A DNA stretch of 63,479 bases, the filler included, from Octopus bimaculoides (taxonomy: Eukaryota), in the NCBI RefSeq assembly GCF_001194135.2. It is 5 parts of 5 records of this genome, joined end to end, with 100 filler letters (N's around TTAATTAATTAA, not from the genome) between each part and the next. Parts side by side here need not be neighbours in the genome. Positions count along the whole stretch, not along the records: positions 21,286 to 38,537 come from NC_068986.1; positions 38,638 to 46,432 come from NC_068989.1; positions 46,533 to 63,479 come from NC_068996.1; 2 more parts are not named here. One strand, written 5' to 3'. The stretch's first letter is position 1; each line of letters starts with the position of its first letter. Shown here piece after piece: positions 38,016 through 50,804 of the stretch. Position numbers and translations under genes: made by a program. The notes beneath the pieces are model-generated. The model did no database searches, was not told the DNA's origin, and was given only the letters and a program-made list of their open reading frames with translations.

Positions 38016-40660
38016 AAAAGAGATAGAGATACAAAGGGGGGAAGAAAGAGAGTGAGAAGTTAGAAGAGAAGAGAGAAAAGATAAGCATTCATAAAAGAGA
38101 GACAGAGAGAGAAAAGAGGAGGAATAAAGAGAGAGAAATTAAGAAGACCAGACAGAAAGAAGAGAAAAGGAAAGTGAAGATAATGATGGTATATGTGATG
38201 GTTGTGATGACGATGCTTATTTGTTGTTTGTGACGGGTTTTGTTTATTTGCTTGTCGTTGGTAGTCAGGATAGTCGGAGCAGCGGGGTCACCACATTGCT
38301 CAACGGCAATTACTTGCACCAAAAGGTGCGTGTGTTAAATCATGCGGTATATATTTTTTTAAAAAAATATTTCAATCCATAAAAAAAATAGTTTGCCGTC
38401 AACTCCTTACTACTTATAACCACCACCACAACCAACGCCAATACCACCACCAACGCCACTACCAACACCACAACCACCACCACCAACAACGCCATTACCA
38501 CCACCACCACTACCACCACCACCACCACCACCACCACNNNNNNNNNNNNNNNNNNNNNNNNNNNNNNNNNNNNNNNNNNNNTTAATTAATTAANNNNNNN
38601 NNNNNNNNNNNNNNNNNNNNNNNNNNNNNNNNNNNNNTATATATATATATATATACATATATATTTATGTGTATGTGTGTGTGTAATTGTATTTAAATAT
38701 ATGCATGCATATATGTATATATTCCGTTAGCCGAACTACGAAGGCTCTAAACTGTTAGCCAAAAGGCAGCAGGCTCGTATTCCGTCACCATTGCACTTAA
38801 CCTTTCAACCAGTTATAAACCACGTTGCTGTAGGTACCGAAACAACACCTACTGCTTATTAAAATCATTGTATGGGTCAGACTTTTCTAGAACAAGATGA
38901 AAATGAAAACTTCATTGGTGTCGCTACGATCCAATAGGTCATGTGAGAGTGAACATCATTCAAAGTATATAGGACGATAGCAACCTCCTATTAGTTAGAA
39001 ATTTTCCGTGTACAAATTTGCCAGCTTAATTACATGTGTTACAAAGGCCGCTTAGAAAATTATAGCTTAAACTGAAATGATAAATAGACTACTGTTGTCT
39101 GTTTACTTGTGTAATTTTCATTCACCTACAATTATTGATTGAGAATCACGATGCTTTAAAGAGTCTCCGCTCTTCTAGTTTTACAGTTATTGATTTCTTC
39201 CTTAGGCACAAGGACAGAAGTGTATGCAAACGATGGGAAATGAGGTTTTATGATGATTATGCTTTAGCGAAAGTCAATGAAAGGAATTAGCATCAATAAG
39301 CAAACGAAACTGCTTTGTAAACACAGCATGCCGATCTTTGGAATTTACAATTATCAAGAATAGACAGAAAATGAAGGCAGCTGTTTATATGTTGTTTTCG
39401 TTCGTCTAGGAACAACATCTTGCATTATATTTTTAGGGAAGTGAGAAAATAGACTTATTAATAAGTTTAAGGTTCTATTTACAGCAATCTAATATACGTT
39501 AGCGCCCAAAGTCTTGTCTTGTCTTGTCTTCTATTATAATTCCATTCACATCAAGGATATAAAATAGGAACCAATAACACGGACTGATTAGTTTTTCACT
39601 TCATCGATTCCTGGAAAGCAGACAGGTAAAGTTTACGCTGAAGAGATTTGAAATCTGAATGTGGAGGTCCGTAACTAAATGCTACAAGGAATATAATCTG
39701 TCTGATGCTCAAACGATTCTACAAAAGCGGGGTTCAATTAGGAATATAAATTAGACTGCATTCTTAATTTGTTTTGTGAAAAGCTTTTATTATATTCTAA
39801 CGATATACACTCTGTAACGTTTATGTCTATAGTATTTGCCAGTACATTCTGTATTCTAGACAAAGCTAGCGGTTCACATTTTGAGGTTTGTCAAGGCAGC
39901 GCTGGAATGTGTGTGTGTGTGTGTGTGTGTGTGTCTAAGACTCAATTAAAACTTCCTTGAAAAGAAGGGACTTTTAGAAGCTTGGAGTCTATGGGAAAAT
40001 TCATTTAAATAATTGGATTCTTTGCTTTTGAAAAAGTTCTGAAAGACTGGTTTAACAGACAATGTATCGTCTTCAAATAGCTACTAAATCGTTGCAATTC
40101 ACAACTAACCGTCTTATAACGGAAGTACAAATTTGATAATGTAGTTCTCGATATACAGAAAAGTGTTTCATGGTTACGGTCTTCGATTAAGAGTCTGCTC
40201 GATCGTGACGTATCAGGTGCTAGTCAACATTGATTTCTTTTGAATGTGCAACGGAGATTCGAACCCCAACTGCTAGATACTCCGTTTCTTTAAATCGACT
40301 AATCAGCGTCAGGCTCCAGCATGATATGGCTTACTCGGATGTTTTAATATTTAACCCCTTGTCACCTCATAAAAACAGATTGGCACCTAACTCAACGCAG
40401 AGGATTTAGAGCTGCCGATTGATTCGCGCACCTCATGTCTTGTCAGGCAGACGGCTTCCGGCATGCGAGCAGCCAGCGTGGTACATTTGCGCGGACAACT
40501 TCGGGCACTCGGACAAATGGATTCTGAACATTCACACCATGTTCCATAAGTAGCTTTTACGGACACTGTGCAGTTTTTCTCTTCCGCCAGTTGGCAATTA
40601 TATTATGAATATCTTTCATTGTAAATAACCAGCGCTAAATATCATGTCTAGCAATAAATA

Positions 40661-40820
40661 TTGATTTCAAATTTTGACACAAAGTCAGCAGTTTCGGAGG
40701 TGGGGGCAATAAGTCGTTTACACCGACCCTAGCGTTTAACTGATAATTATTTCATCAACACCAAAAGGTTGAAAGGCAAAGTCGACCTCGGCGGACTTTG
40801 AAATCATAACGTAAAGACAC
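40661..40820 (-). mobile_element. SINE family A, tail type 3 (partial)
   Basis: tttcaaattttgacacaaag...aaaggcaaagtcgacctcggcggactttgaa. Confidence 0.75.
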
Positions 40821-41174
40821 TTTAGTAGAAAGTGGGTTATACATCTTTAGATTGTATACCTGACTTCCTACTATAAAATTAGAATATATAACGGAACGCT
40901 GAACTCCAGACTATCAACTTAAACAACATTTATTTAGGTGGTAAATATATACATCTTTAGTTCTTGTTGTTACAGCTTCTGTTGTTGGGACGTTGTTATG
41001 TAGGTGTGAGCGAGCTGTCGAGTGTAAGTCCGAAAGATGTAGAGAGACAGCTTAACACGTAAAGAGGCTGTCTCCAGAGTTCGAATGTTAGAGACACTCT
41101 TGACACGTCAATTGCTCTATGCTGGCCAGCAAGAAAGAGAATGAATTGAGCGGGAACGCTTGCTTGTTTAATTC

Positions 41175-41201
41175 CACGCATGCGTGAGATTACGCATGCG
41201 C
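41175..41201. promoter_or_regulatory. Two NRF1-like palindromes in CpG-rich sequence
   Basis: CACGCATGCGTG (41175-41186) and ACGCATGCGC (41192-41201). Confidence 0.3.
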
Positions 41202-42019
41202 ACGGCGTTACTACAACACGAAATGCGCTAAGCATTTTTCCCGGCGTACTAACAATTCTGCGGCTTATGTTCGACAACAAATATTCAAGTTAAATGTTTG
41301 AGAGTTTGCTTCAGTCATTATTCACGCAGCCAACGACAGATTCCACGCGTACAATACAACATTGTAAGAAAGCCATCAACAGCGATAATAATCACAACAA
41401 TAACAACCCAACTCATCAATCTCACGAAAATCATCTCATCCTCACAACAGCAAGTAAGTTCAAAAGGAAAGATCGATCATAAATTTTATCACCGCAGTCC
41501 CCACCTCTTTAAGCTATGACGTTGATATGCTGATAGCATCTGTTAACGGATGAAGTGTATTTTTCGTCCGCACAACATAACAGTAAAAACCAACTTTTCA
41601 GTACCGAGGGAAGTCTCGTCTTTCTTCGAATGCATGTTTTCGGAGCGAATTTTATCCTCAATTGGCAGTTACAACCGGTATTTAATCATTTCATATAGTT
41701 TCCGTTTGAGTGATTCCAAATAATTTGTGCTTAAAAATGGCATCTTCACATGACATTATGGATATTTCCTCTTGCAATTTCCATTTCCTCTGAACTAGCG
41801 GCTTTTCGTAAGACAACGGAAGACAAAATTCAGGCTCTGACTCGTACAATTGAAATTGCTTCGATATTCTGCACGCTCAAATTCTCGTGGCCAGAGGACT
41901 TCAACAAATCGTTCATTTAATCCCTGATGGGAAACCCACGACATTTTGTTGACCTCACGACCAGTTTGGTACAAATGTACGCAAATACATTCAACCATGT
42001 TCTTTCAAATTAGCTACTC

Positions 42020-42190
42020 AAACGCAGGAAGATTGTCAGTAAAGCATTTTCGTCATTACTTGGAAGGAAGAACCTCCACCATTTATAAGGATCATACGTC
42101 TTTAACCTATGCGTTACCATTCAACACGGATAAATACTCCCCAAGAGATTTAGACACCTTGATTATATTTCACAGTTTGCTGTGGACAAG
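42020..42190 (+). mobile_element. Ty3/gypsy RNase H fragment
   Basis: VKHFRHYLEGRTSTIYKDHTSLTYAL...DKYSPR matches the gypsy 'KHFRHFLEGR.FTI.TDHKPL' motif. Confidence 0.8.
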
Positions 42191-42287
42191 GCTTCTGCAG
42201 TAGACACATTATCCCTTTATCATATCAATGCTTTGCACTCTGGTGATGCAACCAGACTCATATATAAATAAATACCATCGTACTCTT

Positions 42288-42556
42288 CAGTGCAGGAAGG
42301 AAAGAAACGATAATACAAGGAACTTAAAAAAGAATATAGCAGAAAAAAATTGGATCTAGGAGAGTAATATTGGTGTTCGTGTGAGAAAGAGATGGGAGTT
42401 ATGTCAGATATTGAACCATAACTCTATGGTTCAATATCCAACATGACTCCCATCTCTTTCTTACACGAATACCAATATAACTCTCCTAGATCCAATTTTT
42501 TCTACTATATTCTTTTTTAAGTTCCTTGCATTATCGTTTCTTTCCTTCCTGCACTG
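42288..42556. repeat. Palindrome, ~133-bp arms, 4-nt loop (actc)
   Basis: cagtgcaggaagg...gaaccata / tatggttc...ccttcctgcactg. The left arm continues into CTGAAGA on the minus strand. Confidence 0.9.
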
Positions 42557-42966
42557 GATTTATATTATAGCTTTGTACGAAACGATCGTCTGCAAAAAAT
42601 TAAACTTCTTATGAATTTTAACAACTTGTTTCCTCCATTTTTATAAAAATTGATGGGATTTATGGGACTTCATTCCATAAATTCATCACACATTATATAC
42701 AAGTATTACTTTCATATAGTCGCAAATTTACGCCTGTAAACTCCCAGCAAAGTATGAAGAATCAACATTAGAAATCTTTTTTGGAAACCTCCAATTAAAG
42801 GACGAATCCACATTCAACCTTTATACACCTATATATATNNNNNNNNNNNNNNNNNNNNNNNNNNNNNNNNNNNNNNNNNNNNNNNNNNNNNNNNNNNNNN
42901 NNNNNNNNNNNNNNNNNNNNNNNNNNNNNNNNNNNNNNNNNNNNNNNNNNNNNNNNNNNNNNNNNN

Positions 42967-43009
<43 letters not shown>

Positions 43010-44334
43010 CACACATATCAATAGGTTGTCTACCTGCTAGAAACAATGGCTAAATACTCTCAAATCACACCTTACCGTCTTAAGAAAAAAAGTCGAAAGG
43101 CAAATTTAATTTTGGCGCGATTTGAGCTCAGAGGATAAGGAGTTGGGACTAAACGCTGCAAAGCACTTTGTCCCATACGTTAACGAATCTGCGAGATTAT
43201 ACATACCTTATTTTTATTTGTGTGTACTCGAAATAAATTGAATTCCTATATTCTTAACGTTCAACAGAAACATTTATCCATAATGAGTTCATTTGTTGAG
43301 AAAAGTTTTGAAAGAATGTGTAATAATTAATTCTGACTGAAAGAAGTTTAGTAATATAATTTAGAGTGAGAGTACGATAAAGATAAAGATGTTATGATTC
43401 ACAGGTTTGCATCAGCAGTTTTATAGTTTGTTTAAAAGTTATTTTTCAAAAATTTCAATTTCAATCACTTTTATGCTACAACTTAAATTAAATTCTGCTG
43501 ACATAATAAATTTGAATTCATTTATTCTGAAATAGAGTAACAAATATATAAATGTTCAAAATGTTCTCGGTTTCCTTGTTGACAGATTAAAAATTAATAA
43601 ACACCAGTTAACACAATAGCCGTTATTAATGTTGGTTGGTTGGTTGGCTGGTTGAAATCTCGTCATACTTTACATCACTAGGAGAGAGGAACAAAGAGAG
43701 AAAGAGAGAAAGGAACAAAGTAAGATACAAAGAAAGTTAACGTAAGAGGTTTAGGATGAGTGTTTTTAATGAAATTTTACTGAGATTTTCGATAGAAAAG
43801 ATTTAGATTACGTAGATAAAATTTAGAAAACTTATAGCATGATTTTATTGCAAATATACATATGAGAAATTTGTTTTATTTAATTGTATTTTAAATTTTA
43901 AGGTAATAAATATTTTTATTTTGAAAATTATCATTCATTTCATCAATTTGTATAATCACCGATACATTTGATAAAGGTCAAATCATAATTATTGTATGGA
44001 CGCCGTATTACCTGATATTATCCATGGTGGCAAAAATATTCTTCCAAAGTTACTCGTCATATGACAGGTCGCACTCAGGTATCTATTGTATTGGACCGGA
44101 TAGGTAGTGAGCACAAGCTGCAGGACAATAATAGACTAAAGTATCTTACAATATTTAAGTATTTAGTTTAGTTCTTATATGATCTGAATTCAAAGTACTG
44201 TTGTGCCATTCACAAGTAAGTATTTTATTACAAAAATTTACATGGCCACAAATTTTGATGGGGAGAGTACAGTCGTGGGCCTTCGTAAAAAAAACAAAAA
44301 ACTTAGCAAGGTGGAACATGACTACTTTCAAAGA

Positions 44335-44756
44335 AAGGCGGTGAGCTGGAAGAAACGTAAGCACGCCGGGCGAAATGCTTAGAGGTATTTCGTCTGCCGT
44401 TACGTTCTGAGTTCAAATTCCGCCGAGGTCGACTTTGCCTTTCTTCCTTTCGGGGTCGATAAATTAAGTACCAGTTACGCACTGGGGTCGATGTAATCGA
44501 CTTAATTCCTTTGTCTGTCCTTGTTTGTCCCCTCTGTGTGTAACTCCCTGTGGGCAATAAGGAAATTAGAAAGTAAGTACGCCAGGCGAAATGCTTAGCG
44601 GTATTTCGTCTGGCTTTATGTTCTGAGTTCAAATTCCGCCGCGGTCGATAAATTAAGTACAAGTTGCGTGTGACCTCAGTTCTCAAATGGTACTTATTTT
44701 ATTGACTCCCTTGAAAGGATGAAGGGAAAAGTCGACTCCCGTGGAATTTGAACTCA
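44335..44756 (+). mobile_element. SINE family A full copy (44335-44570) plus rearranged partial copies
   Basis: Complete head, core and tail 1, then a second head and an inverted core piece running into a gap. Confidence 0.85.
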
Positions 44757-45263
44757 NNNNNNNNNNNNNNNNNNNNNNNNNNNNNNNNNNNNNNNNNNNN
44801 NNNNNNNNNNNNNNNNNNNNNNNNNNNNNNNNNNNNNNNNNNNNNNNNNNNNNNNNNNNNNNNNNNNNNNNNNNNNNNNNNNNNNNNNNNNNNNNNNNNN
44901 NNNNNNNNNNNNNNNNNNNNNNNNNNNNNNNNNNNNNNNNNNNNNNNNNNNNNNNNNNNNNNNNNNNNNNNNNNNNNNNNNNNNNNNNNNNNNNNNNNNN
45001 NNNNNNNNNNNNNNNNNNNNNNNNNNNNNNNNNNNNNNNNNNNNNNNNNNNNNNNNNNNNNNNNNNNNNNNNNNNNNNNNNNNNNNNNNNNNNNNNNNNN
45101 NNNNNNNNNNNNNNNNNNNNNNNNNNNNNNNNNNNNNNNNNNNNNNNNNNNNNNNNNNNNNNNNNNNNNNNNNNNNNNNNNNNNNNNNNNNNNNNNNNNN
45201 NNNNNNNNNNNNNNNNNNNNNNNNNNNNNNNNNNNNNNNNNNNNNNNNNNNNNNNNNNNNNNN

Positions 45264-45455
45264 TTCTACTCTAGGCGCAAGGCCCGAAATTTGTGGGGAG
45301 TGTTCAGTTGATTACATTAACCCCAGTACGCAACTCATCCCTAATTTATCGACCCCGAAAGGGTGAAAGGCAAAGTTAACCTCGACAGAATTTGAACTAA
45401 GAACGTAAAGAAGCATTTCGCCGGGCGTGCTAACGATTCTGCCAGCTCACCGCCC
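45264..45455 (-). mobile_element. SINE family A, tail type 2
   Basis: ttctactctaggcgcaaggcccgaaattt...gattctgccagctcaccgcc. Confidence 0.85.
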
Positions 45456-45487
45456 GAAGTAAATAGAATATAGAAACAAATATCAAG

Positions 45488-45715
45488 ACGGCGCGCTGCC
45501 AGAATAGTTAACATGCCGGACATAATGCTTAGCGGTATTTCGTCTGTCTTGCACGTTCTGAGTTCTAATTCTGCCGAAGTCGATGTTGCCTTTCATCCTT
45601 TCGAGCGGGGTCAATAAAATAAATACCATTTGAGTACTTGGGTCGATGTAATCGACTAGCCCTCTCCCTCGAAAGTTGCTGGTCAAGTGCCAAAATTTAA
45701 AATCGATATTAAAAC
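45488..45715 (+). mobile_element. SINE family A, tail type 3, head-to-head with the previous copy
   Basis: aatgcttagcggtatttcg...gggtcgatgtaatcgact...gtgccaaaatttaaaa. Confidence 0.8.
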
Positions 45716-46175
45716 ATATCATTGTATCCAAAATACACGTGACTGATATTTTATTTTATCGACAGCGAGTAGGGTGATGGAAAGATTTGAACTTACAAAA
45801 TAAAAATCTGGAAGAAATCTTGTGTGGCATTTTATTTGACATTCTATCGATTCTGTTGTCATGATGTTGGAGAGTATCTCCGGGAAGCGGAATACTTTCA
45901 GAATGAAAGAAAGGTATATATCTATTATTTTTTTTAGAAAGGGATCCTGCAGTCAATCACGGACTAAACAACAATAGCCAGAGTAACGCTCTGATTATGG
46001 ACCTTTAGGGCAGGGGTGGAATACCCTTATCTACAGGCAATATTTTCTCCTTATTCAAAATTGAAATCGCTCGCTAACGAAATATCTAAGACATTATCTA
46101 GCCAAAACAATCAAGGCTTAAAAAAATTAGCTTGATATGAGGTGCTTACTTCTAAATTTTTAAAAATCTATAGAT

Positions 46176-46322
46176 TTCAGTGCTCGACTGGTACATGTTT
46201 TAGTAGTCCAGGGAATGATGGAAGAGAAAATTGACGTTGGTGGATTTTGAACTCAGAACCTAAAGCCGGAAGAAATGTCACTAAGCATTTCGTTTGGTGT
46301 ACAAACGATTCTGCCAGCTCTG
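46176..46322 (-). mobile_element. SINE family A, degenerate
   Basis: ctggtacatgtt...ttgaactcagaac...aacgattctgccagctc. Confidence 0.7.
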
Positions 46323-46532
46323 TCTGTGTAAATTTGCAAAATTGAAGTTTGATAAGAGCCCTGAACAAAAATCTAGGCCCTTGAGCCACTTTGTAATTTT
46401 TGCTGATATATATATATATATATATATATATANNNNNNNNNNNNNNNNNNNNNNNNNNNNNNNNNNNNNNNNNNNNTTAATTAATTAANNNNNNNNNNNN
46501 NNNNNNNNNNNNNNNNNNNNNNNNNNNNNNNN

Positions 46533-46690
46533 GGGGGTTGATGAGGAATAATGAAAGTTGTTCCATGTTTTTTCTGAAGAAAGTGTCATTCCTTGGGCAT
46601 TTATAGATCTTGTATCTTCCTTCTCCACATGTTTCTAAATGTCTGCAAGTCGTTGGGTACAGCATATTATCCTCCATTTTCTAATTGATA
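46533..46690 (-). mobile_element. Penelope-like GIY-YIG endonuclease C-terminal fragment
   Basis: CRHLETCGEGRYKIYKC...FFRKNMEQL resembles the PLE 'HL..CG.G.F.IFPFYK....R...E..FI..F.P' ending. Confidence 0.6.
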
Positions 46691-46733
46691 TAAAAATTTA
46701 GGGTAACCCCCTCCCCTTTACCCNNNNNNNNNN

Positions 46734-46767
<34 letters not shown>

Positions 46768-46842
46768 ATATATATTTACCTTTGTAGCAGTTGACAGTTA
46801 TAATTCTGTGCCACTCATTTGATATCATTCTTTCCCCACCAG

Positions 46843-46850
46843 TTGACTTT
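46843..46850 (+). CDS. Candidate 8-nt microexon (or the 3' part of a 60/63-nt exon) of the coiled-coil gene
   Basis: cattctttccccaccAG|TTGACTTT|GTAAGC; ends in phase 0, matching the next exon. Confidence 0.35.
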
Positions 46851-47009
46851 GTAAGCAACAAGCTTGAGTCTTACTTCATTTGATATTTTCAGTAATTCAG
46901 TAGCAATAACTGAAGGATCTACTGCTTTTTCCTGCATATGTTTGTGTGTATTTATATATGCATGTACTTGTAGGCATATTATTTCTACTTCTATTTCTTC
47001 TACATGCAG

Positions 47010-47040
47010 GGGAGCAGTAAACCGAAGGAGAATCCTCTCT
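47010..47040 (+). CDS. Coiled-coil gene exon, 31 nt (GSSKPKENPL)
   Basis: tttcttctacatgcAG acceptor, GTAAGT donor, phase 0 to 1; T+CA makes Ser with the next exon. Confidence 0.65.
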
Positions 47041-47329
47041 GTAAGTTTTTAATTTCACTATTGTGTGTGTATGTGTGTGTGTTTGTGTGTACAAGTGTAT
47101 TTTTTTAAACAGGATTATTTCATCATACCAAATAGTTTTGAGTGATTGATCTCACAGTAGACCATATTCCTCTGTAAGTTTATAATAATGATCTAATAAA
47201 TGGTAGCTGGAATATTTAAACCTATTAGTCATCTTTAATTGGCCTTATAGGTAATGTAAAGCCTTTTTAAAAAAGTATCTGGAGTTGAGCTACTCTATCA
47301 GACATTCATTCATCCATCCATCCATTTCT

Positions 47330-47990
47330 GCCACCAACTATTTATGGATGGATCCAGTTTGTTAGAGTCTTCAGATACCTTCTCCTTGGGATCATATCAG
47401 AAGCAACTATCATTACCCTTTCCTGCTGGATTCCTTAGTGTGACCAACTGAGACTATGGGTATTTTCCAACCATTTCACTCTTGATCTAGCCCCAGGTCT
47501 ACTGCCAATTAGCTCAGTTTGATGAATCTGTCTTGTAATCCTTTCCTACAACATTCTTACTGAATGTCCATAGTACCAGAGCTGTGATTTTTCAATACCG
47601 GGAAATAGCAATTTGACCTAGAGAGAAACATCCTTATCTCTGAGTTTCACACTCTTCTGAGTAAAGCTACTCCATAGATTCTTTGGAAGACCCCTATCTC
47701 AGCTGCTTGTATTCACAATTACACTCTTTCAGTCATTAACTGGCATTCTTGATTATAGGTGAGGATAGGCACAAAAACCAAATTTAAGTTAGTAAGTTTG
47801 GCTTTTTATCAATCTTTCCTCTGCTGAGGACCAAATACTGAAGCTGTTGCATTACTGTGCCAGCACCTCTGATTTTAGCAACCTGCATTCTTTCCTAATC
47901 TCTTTGATCTCCAAATTTGTTTGACTATTGATAATTTGCAGTGGCAAACTAGTTGATGTGTTGTGAGGGAAAGGTTAACTTAAATATAAG
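47330..47990 (-). mobile_element. Old RTE-clade LINE fragment (intronic)
   Basis: FVPILTYNQECQLMTERV...IQAAEIG resembles the RTE post-RT motif 'PILTYG.ECW.MTER...IQAAEM'. Confidence 0.7.
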
Positions 47991-49050
47991 TTGCAAGAAA
48001 TTTCCGTGTTAAGTCAGCTACATGAAATTTCTAGGCATGATGATTTAATCCTGTTTACTTATAACAGAAATATTCCAAAATAGATGTGTATTGAGTACTT
48101 TTGTATTTTTGTATGAAAATCTTTATTCTTTACCTCTTTAAATGATTTCAGTATATTGATATATGATTGGTTGCTATGCAGGAGTGTATAAACAAATTAT
48201 AAACATGATATATATACAAATATTAACTGTGCTATCTCTATCTACCAAATTATCCTCACAAGGCTGCAATTGAAAATACTTGTTGAGTTAACTAGGATTA
48301 TATATGCAAACCACTGTTTCATTCAGTTGGTCTTTTGTTTGACTATACATATCAGAAGATTGAAATGACTGTTAACATAAATCATGGTTACTGTACTTTA
48401 GATGCCCTTCTGATTAAAACCATCTGCCATTTATCCTGCTTCAGGATGAGTTTTCTTTGACTTTCCTGAGAAAGAATTTTGGCACATGTCAGCAGGCAGA
48501 TCTTTTTTTTTTTTTGTCTCAAGAGTTGGCAAATGATGTGAAACTTCTCCATAACAAAGAGATCATTGGTCAGTTGTTCGGACCTCATATGTTGAAACCA
48601 ATGGGAGAGTCTGTCATATATATTTAAGTAAAAATGTACATACAAGCAGAGAAAGAAAACAAAAAAAAAGCTTAACAAAAAAAAAAGCAACGATCATAGA
48701 CAGGACAGGCCAGTGTATTCAAAAGAGTTCTCTTACTCAAAAACTAGCCCAGGATAGGGAAGACAATAAAAAAAGAATAAGAACAAAAACAAATATATGA
48801 AGGAGAAAATTATTATTAATTTACAAGTAATAGAAAAACGTGTACACTTAACACATAGGATATACAGTCATACATAGATACATATATACACACATACACA
48901 CATACACACACACACACGTGTGTACACTCTTACATACATTTTCAACCATTCAATAAATGTGTATTTATTATTATTAACTTCCAACCCATGCTAGCATGGA
49001 AGGTGGACGTTAAACGATGATGCAAAAACTTTATTATTATTATTTCTCAG

Positions 49051-49139
49051 CAATTATCCGAAACCTTGAAGAGAAGCTATTCATCACAACAAAGGAAAAT
49101 GAGATCCTTGAGGACAAGGTTCAAACCATGTGTGAGAAG
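49051..49139 (+). CDS. Coiled-coil gene exon, 89 nt (IIRNLEEKLFITTKENEILEDKVQTMCEK)
   Basis: tttctcAG acceptor, AAG|GTATTG donor, phase 1 to 0, heptad-like E/K/L composition. Confidence 0.82.
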
Positions 49140-49161
49140 GTATTGTATAACATTATTATTA

Positions 49162-49231
<70 letters not shown>

Positions 49232-49929
49232 AAGGCTTTTAAAGTTGCTTCCATATTTTTAAATGCCTTCAAATTTTATATGTCATGTGTTTTAAAATAG
49301 ATTTTATTCCTAAGAATGTGACCTTTGTCACCTTTTGACCAGACATGACTCATCACTTCTTACACAGTGAAGTATATGTTTGTCATATCCCATTCTAGTC
49401 TTTTTTTAGTAATGTGTCTTCCTTCCCTACTACTTACTACACTCCTCACTTTCCACTTAGCTTCTTTTCACTTTCTGCATATATTGCCAGTTCAGTTTTT
49501 CACTCTTTCTCCTCCTTGTCCCACCCCCTCAATCCCCCACCACACTTCCTGCATAAACCGATAGGAAGAGGTGCAGTTTCACAGCTTCTGAATCATAAAT
49601 TCTCTCCTGAGGCTTAGTGCATATGTACATTCTCTTCACTGAATCAAAGTCTGCCAGGTCTTATATATTAAAAATGGGGAAGGTATACTGCTCTTCATCT
49701 TAGAGTGTACTTCTTCTTTTGGATTTATGTGTTTCACAAACGATATATATAGATATATATGCAATATTAAGGATTTGGGAGAGAATCAGGTACTTAAATG
49801 ATAGGCACCAGGTTGGGTTGAATTAACTTGTAAACACCACCTTTAGTCAAATAAATATATTGGATACTGAAGTACATCCAGTGAAATATTCAGGTTATGT
49901 GTACTGAGAATTTAACCCTAGGGGCTAGT

Positions 49930-50230
49930 CTAATGCACATGCTGTGTTGATTGCTAATTTATGTCTGCTTTCTGGTCACTGTATGGTTGAAAATGTAGTT
50001 TACAGGTGTAATGTGATGACAGTAAATAATACTTACATTTATATAGGTTGCTCTGTAAATCTGAAACAGCAATTATGCAACCATTTATCATCCCTTAAAT
50101 TAAGACACAGGACAGGTAGAACATCATTACCATGAAGGTTTGGGAGCTCAAAGATAATAGCGTCAAATTCAGTTTAAAATGGGATATAATTAGGGTGGCG
50201 AAACCATTCTCTAATTATAGTAAATGGGAA
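49930..50230 (+). mobile_element. Penelope-like GIY-YIG endonuclease fragment
   Basis: CMVENVVYRCNV...YIYIGCSVNLKQQLCNHLSSL gives the VVY...YIG...H pattern. Confidence 0.75.
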
Positions 50231-50804
50231 AGATGAAAAGGAAATATTGTGCAGGTGGGTAAGTTACAAGAGTTTGAGAAGAGAAACAAATGCAGTGTGT
50301 GAGGAGGGTTGTATGATGCTCGTAAATGAGAGATGGGTGATCAATGTAAAATGTGAGTGGAGTTGGACAGTGTTAAGAATGAAAGATGGATGTCAAATGA
50401 AATTGGTTCCAGATAGTAAGATAGAAAAAGATGATGATGAAATATTCCACTGCTCTCATTTCATGACAGCAGTGGAATATTGCAGGTAGGCAGATGATGG
50501 AGGCATCAGTGATAGAGAAATGATAAATGTTGGGGAAGCCTTTAGAAGGAAACTGGGCAAAGGACTCAGTTGTGGTTATACATGTTATGCTTCCAAAACC
50601 TCATTGTCACCAAGATCAGAAGGTCTTGAGCACTTCATTACATCAGTCATTCTACTCCTTTGTCATCTGTACAGGTTCTAAGTCCTGATATCAGCTTTCA
50701 CTACTTAGTTTCATGTTTTTCTGAGTCTCTCTCTTCCATAAGTTCCATCCACATTAAGTAACCAGCACTTTATTCAATAGTCTTCCTCTCTCATTATCAT
50801 CAAC

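Noticed and set aside
38089-38322. 'VIAVEQCGDP', resembling a cadherin AxDxGxP motif
   Set aside because: Wrong spacing, an in-frame stop four codons upstream, and it runs into a microsatellite.
45861-45913. Possible first coding exon (MMLESISGKRNTFRMKE, donor AAG|GTATAT)
   Set aside because: It ends in phase 2, incompatible with the candidate downstream exons, and an assembly join separates them.
47113-47173. 61-nt exon candidate with good splice sites
   Set aside because: It contains an in-frame TGA in the required phase.
50441-50481. 14-bp perfect hairpin, considered as a pre-miRNA
   Set aside because: Too short (41 nt) and embedded in an old LINE-like fragment.
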